This document shows, in pieces, positions 53,790-64,000 of a stretch of DNA of 64,000 nucleotides; position 1 is the first letter of the stretch, and every line of letters begins with the position of its first letter. Below the pieces are notes generated by a model, which saw only the letters and a list, made by a program, of their open reading frames with translations, did no database searches and had not been told where the DNA came from. The position numbers and the translations under genes were made by a program. The DNA comes from Eledone cirrhosa (taxonomy: Eukaryota): NCBI GenBank assembly GCA_964016885.1, contig OZ024758.1, forward strand, positions 30,504,001-30,568,000. Direction: 5' to 3'.

Positions 53790-53985
53790 TTATGCCGGAT
53801 GGTTCGGGATGCAGTGATTGGTTTTCTGATATTCTTATCTAGACTTTTCAGTTCACTTAACTTTCTATTTATTACATTGAAGCTATACTTTACGAGTTGG
53901 ATGGTTAATATATTTACACTTATCTTATTTTTGATATTTATTTTGCTCTTTAACAATAGTTCAATTTCTTTTCGCATATTGAAAA
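53790..53985 (-). pseudogene. R4/Dong-like non-LTR retrotransposon fragment
   Basis: LLKSKIN.KNKI..NIL....KYSFNVIN.KLSELKSLDKNIRK.IT resembles the post-RT region of R4-clade proteins. Confidence 0.55.
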
Positions 53986-54284
53986 AAAAAAATTCTTTTA
54001 TTTCTGTACGCTGTATCTTATCAGTTTTGTGTTTTGGACTGAACCCAGTCTCGAAATAAACAACCCCACCCCAATAACTTTATAATTAAAATAGAAATTT
54101 CACCGTTTCATTTTTTGTCGTTCAGTGGGTTTACACTCCCCATTATTAGACTATATAAGTCAAAATGTTACGGTGAAGCTATTTCTATTCGAAACTTCAT
54201 TCGCCGCGTTCCAAACACTTCATTTGTTTACTGTTACGATCCACCGTAGACTCTTTCGGCCCCCACCTGATGTCCTGTCACTAC

Positions 54285-54730
54285 AGTGCCGGCCGCCTTC
54301 TATGCCACGCTGCTCTCAACGAAGTCATAAACATGGCTTGAATGCTGCAGGCTTCCCCTACCTGCTCGGGCCGGTGGGGTAGGACCAAGGGGACGGCAAA
54401 AAGCTATTCGGCATGACCATATTACCGTTCCGCAGTAGTAAACCCCTCATCTGGGATGCCACATGCAGCGACTAGCCCAGGGTCTGCTGCACTTCGGGAC
54501 GAGGGGGATAAACTCTCCAAATATCGGCCGCTCTCCGACAGGGTTGTAATCGAGCCCGTAGCAGTGGAGACTTCTGGTGTCCTTGGCCCACCTCCTTACT
54601 CACCACCATGCACACAAAGTTGGCTACCCGCAGGTATGAGCCTCGTGAGCTGTAATGGCTCTTCCAACGTGTTTCTCTCACCATCCTCCGGAGAAACATC
54701 TCTATTCTGTATGCCGGAGTGGCCTGCACG
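54285..54730 (+). pseudogene. CRE-like non-LTR retrotransposon restriction-like endonuclease relic
   Basis: AGRLLCHAALNEVI...AGFP..L.PVG*..GDGKK..GMTILPF...KPLIWDATCSD...K..KY..L...EPVAVETSGVLGP, matching the DGKRPDG...WDAT...P.AVET.G motif series. Confidence 0.75.
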
Positions 54731-55972
54731 TGAGCCCCCATATCTTTACAATAGAGAAAGATGGTAAGAGCGGGGGAGACGGAGGCATTGACAATGAGAG
54801 TTTGGTTCTATTGTGTTTGGACCTGGTATATATTTACCACACCACCTTCACTGTATTAACACACGAACACTATATACACAAACAGCAGTAATGACAAAAA
54901 ACAAATCCAACAATTTATTTTAAAAAGACACTGATTCTGCCAAAAAAAAAAACAAAAAAAAAAAACGAAAAAGAATCTTTCCAAAAGTTTAAATTTATAA
55001 AGTTTTTATCCTTACCCCTTTTTTTTCATTTTTATTTATTTTCTGAAATAAATGTTCCAAACAAAAATAATTACGATTCTGCAAAACATTCAAAATTACA
55101 TCTGTAATTATTTTTTAGTTCCGAAACTATTTTCTCCGCTTCGAATTGTTTTTGCAGGCAATATAGTCAAGCGAAATATATAACGTAATGCAGCATTTAC
55201 CTTTGAACAATCATGTGTTCCAAATAAGTTATCCAGTAAAGACATAGTTTTAAATTGTCCCTATAAAGGTGATGGCCTATAATTTGTTTATAACATGCGC
55301 GAACAATGCTATTTTAATTTAAAGTATTTGTCCGCTTTTTCGTGTCTACATAAACGTGTAATGAGTAAAATGTTTGCCTGAAAATCTCCATTTCTTATAC
55401 TAATAAGGTTTCCCCTTCATTCCAGGGTCGATAAAATAATGTAGCAGTCAAATGCTGAATTTAACTTAATTGATTATACTTCTAACCACACAATTTGTAG
55501 ACTTGTACCTCACTTAAAAATTACAATCGGACTGTATGTACATTGACAGAATTGTTAGGGCGTTGAACAAAATACTTTGCAGCATTTAGTCATGTCTCTT
55601 TATGTTCTGAGTTCAAATCCTGCCGAGGTCAACTTTTACTTTTAGCCTCCTGAGGTCGATGAAATATAGCAGAAGTCAAGTAATTGGTTGTTTTCATTAA
55701 CTATATCTCTTCAAACTATTCGTGGGGACTTGGTGCTCATGTTAGAGTTCCTTGTTATCTTTGTTTAAGGTTCGTATTTCCAATTTGAAAAAGGAATTAG
55801 GTACATCTTAGAAAACTTGCTTAAAAATATTCAAGTTTAACAAATACTGTGCGAGATCCAAGTAGTTTTGTTTCTGAATAGTGTCCATGTATGTTGCTGT
55901 TAAATGTAATCTTTCCCTTCAACTTGTCAAGTTTTCTAGACTAGAGTTTATTCCAATATTACAGTGGACTGA

Positions 55973-56386
55973 AAAGCTTCCTCAGCCATGTCCAGCCCCT
56001 AACAACATCTCAGGAAGAAACCAGACTACAGCTATGGACTAGAAAGCTAGAGAATGACTCCCCTCCTATTGACATGGAAATCCCCCCTTCTGAAGCCCTT
56101 CCTCCTGGCTCAGAAGCACCATGGGTCCAGTGGAAGACACTCAACCGCCTGAGAACAGGAATGGGGCGATCAAAAGCTGCTATGGCCAGATGGGGCTACA
56201 ATACCGGCCCAACCATCTGCGGATGCGGAGAGGAGGACCACACGATGCAGCACTGCCTTGTTTGCCCTCTACTACCCAACCAGTGCAGCTTAAAAGATCT
56301 CGCAGAATTTAATAATAATGCAAAGGACTGTGTAAAGAAATGGGAAACTGTCATATAACCACATGCTTCGAAGATACGAAAAGAAG
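55973..56386 (+). mobile_element. 5'-truncated Vingi/Ingi-like LINE
   Basis: ORF end WKTLNRLRTGMGR...RWG...CGCG...TMQHCLVCP (CCHC finger), short 3'UTR, gaaaagaag tail, TSD agtggactga (55963-55972, 56385-56394). Clade name is from motif memory. Confidence 0.75.
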
Positions 56387-59130
56387 TGGACTGATGTTGG
56401 CGGTGAAATGGCAGTCGTTAGAACATAGGAAAGAATGATTTGCAGTACTCGTGCTGGCTCTCTCTGCTCAGAGTTCAATTCTGCCGAGGTCCATTTTACA
56501 TTTCATTCTTTCGAGGTCGATACATCCATTTCAGTTCGAGTGCGGGGTAGATTCTTCCTCTATGCCTCTTTCTTACTTCATTCATACCACTCTCTCACTG
56601 GAAGAAATCAACTGCGTTCATACTGGGAGGGGGATGGGCTCCACCAAGTTTAAGATGTCACTAAGGTGCCCATATGACTTCACACATGTGGGCTGACACT
56701 GATTAATTATATAGTCAAATATAGTTTTCAACTGGCAATAACCACGTCTGGGATATACCTAATATGCCATAGTACTACCTCTGCGCAATATATAGTTAAA
56801 TATAAAGCGGAGGATGACACAATCTGTAGATCATGGAACAATGTCTTTTGAAATTTAATTACACTCTTTTACGTTTTGAGATCAAATCTTACATTGGCAG
56901 ATTGGAGTTGTTTTAATCGACTTATCCTCCAAATTTCCTCTAAATCAATATTAGAAATCATTATATGGAGAGTATTGACTTAGTTACCACACATATTACA
57001 TTATCGCTTCTGTTTGATATATAAATAAGAAACAGAACAAAGAATCAGATTATTCATTTACCTTCTTTGTACCTGTAATTCGAAGGGTTACACTGAGTCT
57101 GTCTGAGAATTTCGCTAAGGGTACATATGACTGCAGAATGCTCAGTTCCTTGCACGTTAATTTCACAAAGAGGCTTTTCCGTTGACCGAACAACTGGGAC
57201 ATTCATCGTCGAAAACTATGTAGGTCCATTCCAAGGAAAGTTAGTTAATCTATAAATCGAGTTTGTTGTAAAATGTTTCAGAAAGAAATATTCCAAAGAC
57301 TTTTCTCCATATAAAATTTATTAACTTTATCAAAAAGAATGAATTTATATTTTCCAATGAACATTTTCTATAAGGCATGACAATAGAAACCTTGTTTCTA
57401 CTTTACTTGATGAATTCCATAGATAAAGAGACAGCCCTATACACACTGCGGATTTTATAAATACCATTCCTTCTATATTTCCTTTTGCAAGTCATCCAAT
57501 TTCTTTTCAAGAAACATAAGTCAAATTTACAATTTTACTGTGTCGTTCGCTTTCATCAATTAGCTGCCAAGCTTATATTTTCCTGTGCTGATGTAAACGG
57601 CATGTACTTTCTAACAAATTACGACTGTCAGTTCGTTTTCAAATACCTCCAATGCTTAAATGACCTTGTCAACTCTCTAGTTGAATGTTATTCCTCTGAT
57701 TGGTTACGAACATGAAGTAGTTACCTGGAAACGGTTGGAGACATTTGGTTTAAAGAGAAGAGAGCGGAGAGAGGAGAAAAGAAATAAAAGGAGGAGAAGA
57801 AATGGAAGAACCACACGAGAACATAAATATGTCTATTGAATACGTTTGAGGGAAAAGGCGTTGCAATGATTTTCGATGAGGAAAATTATATGAACATTTC
57901 CTATTTTCAATTATGTCTTCCTTTTCGTATTTCTCTTTTTATTCTTACATTCTCTTTTCTATTTCTCTTTTCACTCGTCAACATATATAAAACTATTCAC
58001 TTTGTGTCATTCGTTTCTCTACCAAACTACATAAAGGAGAAAATAATGCTAGAGTACCTAGTGGGAGTTCCATTCTAAGGGATGCTTTCAAAACAACACT
58101 CAATAAAACAACTATTCTGGTTGCAGTAGCAGCTTCCTACCTTCTTATAGAGCTGCGTCATATGCTTTGATATCTATCGATATTTCGCCACAAGATGATT
58201 ACCTTTAGCATTGATTTCTTTGACTTTTCGAATAAATCAAGAAGAAATCTGTAAATATGGTGTTTCTCGTTCATATTCAAGAACAGATAAATCAAAAGCA
58301 TTCCAACAGTTTAATAACGAAAACAAGATTGCTTCTCCATAGTGTCTTTCAAACATATAATTTAGACATAGTGGTATCAAAATAAATGCAGAAAATCCCG
58401 AGAACACCGATATTTATTCTGTGTCATTAATTTAGTAAACTCATAAACTACGCACACACAGAAATTATAGAGTAGAAACGAACGACGTATCACATAAAAA
58501 TTGCATTTATCAACACACAATAAAACTACAATAAAACTGCAAGTATTTATCGTGCGTGCGTATTATTTATTTATATATATATTATTTATTTATTTATTTA
58601 CATACATACAATTACATATAAGTATATTCACATAAAACTATGTGTGCATATGTTAGAAAGTAAAGGGACACAAACAAGAGATGGACATTTTCCCTTCATC
58701 AGTTGTCTACTACGCATCACAGATGTTTCAGCGTATTATAGACAATGCATCTAACCCTAGCGCGCCCATAGCTTTTTATCATTAAAAAAACTATGAGAGA
58801 AAGAAGCGATAGCGAAGGGAGAGAAAGGAAAAAAATATACCGATAGAGGGACAATGGCACATGTAAGTAAAAGGAGAGAGAGGTCGAAGTTAAAAAAAGG
58901 CAGTTGGGTTTAAGCCCAGGTGCCTTATTAACAACGGAGAGCTGAGAGAAACACGTCTATTCTCAATAAGCTTGCTTGGTGAGGAGGGTGATATTTGGAC
59001 ACCCAGTGGGATGAAATACAAGACCCGGTGAAGGGCGAAGGAACTCAATAGAGTCAATGGCCATCCAAATACCGTGCACATGTGTGAGTACTCTATTTGT
59101 ATATATTTATGCATAGGCATTTTTTGTGTG

Positions 59131-59291
59131 TGTCTGTTCGATATATCCTCGGGTGTCTGTTCGATATATCCTCGGGTGTCTGTTCGATATATCCTCGGGT
59201 GTCTGTTTGATATATCCTCGGGTGTCTGTTTGATATATCCTCGGGTGTCTGTCTGATATATCCCTGGGTGTCTGTTTGATATATCCTCGGG
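59131..59291. repeat. 23-bp minisatellite, 7 copies
   Basis: Unit tgtctgttcgatatatcctcggg. Confidence 0.95.
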
Positions 59292-59449
59292 TGTATATTT
59301 GCATACGTATGCGTTTTTGTATAGATTTTTAATTCTTTTAACTTTTTAAATCTTTAAATCCTTCGTCTCTCTTATGTCCTCGGATGTACAAGAGTGTGCT
59401 TTTGCATATATATATTTTAACTTTTTTTTTCAACTCTGTGTACACATGC

Positions 59450-61558
59450 ATGCGCGGGGACAGGAAATACCTGGGTTGGCGCCCAGTCGCGTAGAAAGCC
59501 TGCTGGGAGTGAGATGCCCCCTTAGCTGTTCTCACAGCACTTCTCTAGTAGAGGGAAACTCCGAATAAACACCTGCGGTGTTGAGGGCACCAGATGATGT
59601 TGATCAGTTCTTCTTTTCGGTACATGCTCTCCATGCTCAGAGAGTGGGATTAGTTTTGTGCAAGGCTTTTCTTAACTTAAAAAAGCTTTCAAGCACAGGC
59701 ATCGCCTGATCGATTTGAAGAAATTATTTGTTGCATTGTGGCTGGCCGTAGCCAAAAAAAAAAAAAATTCAATGATGAACCATGATAATGTACGAATTAA
59801 TGGCAATGGGGTTTCTGGAACTGACGGTGAAAGGGTCTGGCCCGGCAGGTGTCCCATGGCACCGCAACATGGGCCCAGTCGTCATCCTGCCACTGCGAAG
59901 AAGAAGTTGAAACCTATGACTATCAGTTGCTGGAACATCCGGACCTTATTAGATTTGGTGTCTTCAGAATCACGACCAGAAAGATCAGCTCTTGTTGCCA
60001 AAGAGCTGGCACAATTCAATATGGATACTGTTGCCTTATCTGAAACAAGGCTACTCGAAGAGGGTCATATCAGTCAGATGTCCAGTGGGTACACGTTTTA
60101 CTGGAGTGGCAGAGCAGCAGGATGCAAAAGGGAGGCAGGTGTGGCTTTTGCAGTGAAAACGTGTTCTGCGTGGTGCAGAGTGCTGGACAGACCATCGTCT
60201 GGTGCCCGCCAAGGCAAACTTTATGATCAAACCTCAAAAAGAGCAAATGGTGTAAACATTCGAAAGTGCTTGAATATAGATCGTATGAAAGATAAGGGTC
60301 AAGGAAGAGCTGCGTCGCAGGCATTGATTGTGCGAACAACTGGAATGACTTCAAGAGCTCGGTCTATGAGGCTTCAGCAGAGGTCCTTGGCTTTGTCACA
60401 AGAAAACACAAGGATTGGTTTGATGAGAATGACCGGGAGGTCAAGGCATTGCTGGACATAAAACAAAAGGCACTTGTTGCAGTTCTTAAAAGTGGTAACT
60501 CTGTTGGTGACAATTTTGAGCGTTACAGACAGGTAAAGAAGGAGGTGCAGGTGAAACTCAGGGTCATGCAAAATACCTGGTGGAGCACCAAAGTAGATGA
60601 AGTTCAAGCGGCATCTGATGGCAACAATGTGAAACTACTGCACTCTCTACTCAGAGAGGTGTATGATCCTTTCAGCTCACCAGTGACACCGTTGAGATCA
60701 AAAGATGGCAAGTTGTTACTGCGCGATCCAAAAGACACTCGACAGATAGAGAGATCACTTTGATGAGCTCTTGAACCAACCATCCCAGGTTGATGATGAT
60801 TTCATTTGCTCCATTCCTATTGAACCAGTGAAACATGAGATGGCTGATGTACCTTCTCTTGCAGAGGTGACTTGTGTTGTACATAAGCTGAACTGTGGTA
60901 CGTCTCCTGGTATGGATGGTCTGAGTGCAGAGGTTTTGAAGTACGGTGGTGAAAACTTCACGTAGTGCCTGACTGACCTTATGAAAAAGGTGTGAGAAGA
61001 TGAGAATGTCCCACAAGATTGGAAGGATGCACTCATGGTGATTCTCCATAAAGGAAAGGATGGGAAGGACAAATGTGGCAATTATCGTGGCATCAGTAGT
61101 TGTGTCGAATCTTGATGGATAGATTGATCTCAAGGATTGCTCTGAATGTGTTGCCTGAGTCGGAGTGTGGGTTCAGAAACAAAAGAGGAACTGTGGATAT
61201 GATCTTTTCTGCTCGGCAGTTGCAAGAAAAGTGTATCGAACAATGTATGGACCTTTACCGGGTTTTGTTGACTTGACAAAGCCTTTGACACTGTCAATCG
61301 AACTGTGGTCGAATCTGCTTGAGCAAAGCTTGTTTGATTAGACATGAACAAAGTCATCTCAGTAGACCTCATGTAGATTATGATCTGAAAAGGTGTAAGG
61401 AATGTGGCAAGGAAAGTACCAGAAGAGCCTACAGTTGCCATGTATGTGTCAGAGGGTGCAAGTCTTTGGGTGATTTAAAGAGCTACATTGGTGCATCACA
61501 TTTTTTAGCATTTTATGGGGCGATGGCAATGCTCGAACTCGAGTTTGGAGCCATCATG
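59450..61558 (+). mobile_element. RTE (BovB-like) LINE, end to end but internally deleted and pseudogenised
   Basis: 5'UTR; APE ISCWNIRTLLD...RPER...VALSETRL...GYTFYWSG...GVAFAVK joined directly to CWTDHRLV; RT SPGMDG, DWKDA, CGNYRGIS, LPESECGFR, DMIFSARQLQEKC, DLTKAFDTV; C-terminal CHVCVRGCKS finger-like motif; stops and frameshifts. Confidence 0.9.
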
Positions 61559-61565
61559 TAATATA

Positions 61566-61599
<34 letters not shown>

Positions 61600-61830
61600 A
61601 TGTCTGTATATATATAATGTCTGTATATATAATATATGTCTGTATATATATAATGTCTATATATATATAAAATGTATGTATATATATGTAATGTATGTAT
61701 ATATATATATATGTATGTGTGTATGTATGTATGTATAATAATACTGAACAGTAACACACGAACGGCTTCAATTATACGAACTCTTTCGAAAGTCAACAGT
61801 TGACATAATCTAGTATCAGTAATGACGGTA

Positions 61831-61920
<90 letters not shown>

Positions 61921-62902
61921 GCACAGTTGCGTGTGTGTGTGTGGATGTGTAGGTATTCATCAAGTATGTGCTTTTTTTGAGATGTATAAGCATGCCCATG
62001 CGCGGGTACATGTATGTATGGTGTGTGCACGCACATATGCATACATGCATGTGTATGCATGTCTGGGTGTATGTATTTGTATGAACATGTCTATGTAGGT
62101 GTATGCATATATATGTGTAGATTTTCCATTTTCTCATCAGTATATATGTGCAGCGTCTTAACTATATATGCTTTCCTGAGTACAGTGTGTGTAGATATGT
62201 GTATATTTATCAAAAATACCTTTGAAATAACTTTTTTGAAAGGCTCTTTCAAGCATCTTTTAAAAACGTACTTTTTATGGGAATTTTTTTTGAAATGTGT
62301 GTTTTTAAAGGCATTTTGAGGGTGTTTTTCTGAAATGGTTTTTAAATGTTTTTCTATTTAAAAAAAAAATTCTTTCTAGGTATTTGCTGCACATTCAGTA
62401 TTTACTGTGATTGTCGCATATAATACAGTTGTGTATGTGATTGCTGTGGGTGTATAAGTGCCCATATGTATCACACCATGCGCGAAACATGGACATGGGT
62501 GTGGTCGTCTACAGGCTGGGAAGCCCGCGACAGGGCGCGAGCTGTTCAATCATACAACCCCTTACCTCCCACAGTAGTAATTCCCATATAAGAAACAACT
62601 TTGATTGACAGGTGGCAAATGAAAGGAACCAAATATACGACGGCCATGGTGGCCAACAATACCGATGACGTGTACAATTCTTGACCACTCATTGAAAGAC
62701 AACAACAGGATCTAAGCTGCCGTGGGTGTAACTGGACATTTGGAAAAACTGCTTCGTAGAATCGAGACGTATCTGAAACCTTGCGATTTCAGAGTCGGGT
62801 TCGATCATTACATAGATCGTGCCTCGAGCTGGTCGCCAGAGAAATGATTGTAATATGTCTAATACATTTTATTCGTCGCACCACTGATTCTCCGTTTCTT
62901 AT

Positions 62903-62950
<48 letters not shown>

Positions 62951-63041
62951 AGTGGCGTGAGTGTTTGTTTGTATGAATGAGTGTTGGTGTGTGTGTGTCT
63001 GTGTGTGTGTGTATGAGTATCACTAAGTGAATTTTTATTTT

Positions 63042-63347
63042 ATGCGCGGGGATATAGAAATAGTCGGGCTGGATACACGATCGCGCAGTTAAACCACTGG
63101 GATTGAAGGGCCCCTAGCCTTTGTCAGGGCATTCTTCTAGGAGAAGGCAACTCAGGAAACTGGGATAACTCCGATATAAAACCTGCGGCCCAGTAGTTAC
63201 CGATGATGTTGATATTTTCTTCTATTCGGGTTATAGCTACTGTCGCTCAGAGAATGGGATTGGCTCAGTGCACAGTCTTTCCTCACTTTAAAAATATATT
63301 CTTCACGCACAGGCATTGCAAGATTGCATTAATTAATAATTATTAAT

Positions 63348-63379
<32 letters not shown>

Positions 63380-64000
63380 CCCCCATTCAATGATGTTCCA
63401 AAACAATATAAAAGAGATAATTGGCAATAAAGGTTCTGGAACAAAAGAGATAATTGGTAATAAGGGTTCTGGAACAAAAGAGATAATTGGTAATAAGGGC
63501 AGGGGCCCCAGGTTATCATAGCCTGGGCCCGCTCGCCATCGTGCCACTGTAATAGAGCCAAACAAGGCATTTAATATTGGCTGCTGGAACGTACGGACGC
63601 TGCTTGATAGGGATTCCTCTGAACGTCCTGAACGAAGGACCGCTGTTGTTGCAAAGGAGCTCCAACGTTACGATCTTGACATCGTAGCTTTATCTGAGAC
63701 GAGGTTAGCTGGAGATGGTCATCTTACATAATTTTGTGGAGAATATACATTCTTCTGGAAAGGAAGAGATGAAGGAACCAGAAGAGAGGCTGGGGTCGCA
63801 TTTGCTGTTAAGACTGTTCTTGTGGATACATTAGGAGAATTCCCAGTGGGGATTAGTGAAAGTCTTATGTCCATGAGAATTTCGCTGGACAAAGGAAGAT
63901 ATGCGACCCTGGTGAGTGTGTATGCTCCAATTATGAATTCTGTCGATGAAGAAAAAGTGTCTCTTTACCATGCCTTGAAAGGTGTTTTAAGAAATATCCC
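63042..64000 (+). mobile_element. Second RTE LINE 5' portion (5'UTR plus APE), continuing past the window end
   Basis: From about 63570: FNIGCWNVRTLLD...RPERRTAVVAKELQRYDLDIVALSETRLAGDGHLT*...YTFFWKG...GVAFAVK...ATLVSVYAP. 5'UTR similar to 59450-59712. Confidence 0.9.
63401..63498. repeat. 33-bp tandem repeat, about 3 copies, inside the RTE 5' region
   Basis: Unit aacaaaagagataattggtaataagggttctgg. Confidence 0.85.

Noticed and set aside
58685-58750. Minus-strand CTGATGA with nearby GAAA
   Set aside because: GAAA precedes the core, and stem II and the NUH junction could not be formed convincingly. The CTGATGA hits at 12657 and 31909 were rejected for the same lack of stems.
62470-62850. GC-richer stretch with a CRGC motif, possibly an R2/NeSL-like 5' end
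   Set aside because: Frame is broken and there is no recognisable RT downstream; evidence too weak.

Overview
AT-rich, repeat-dense eukaryotic non-coding DNA. The SINE families resemble those I recognise from octopod cephalopod genomes (inference, not a database result). No intact host protein-coding gene, rRNA, true tRNA or CRISPR array is supported. The window holds two tRNA-derived SINE families (about 25 copies), RTE, Vingi/Ingi-like, CRE-like and R4-like LINE relics, hAT-type and mariner-type MITEs, a Chapaev3-like transposase relic, a Helitron 3' end, several mini/microsatellites, and two Penelope-like element (PLE) coding relics (RT at 1-526, GIY-YIG at 33590-34324). The most striking signal is a dense set of type I hammerhead ribozyme motifs: about a dozen complete or degenerate copies from at least six sequence families. 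Many lie in short, non-coding fold-back inserts beside (TA)n tracts, which look like non-autonomous PLE pseudo-LTR/retrozyme-like elements. One family carries a short codon-conserved reading frame with a shared in-frame TGA. All structures and translations were read by eye, and coordinates may be off by a few bases.
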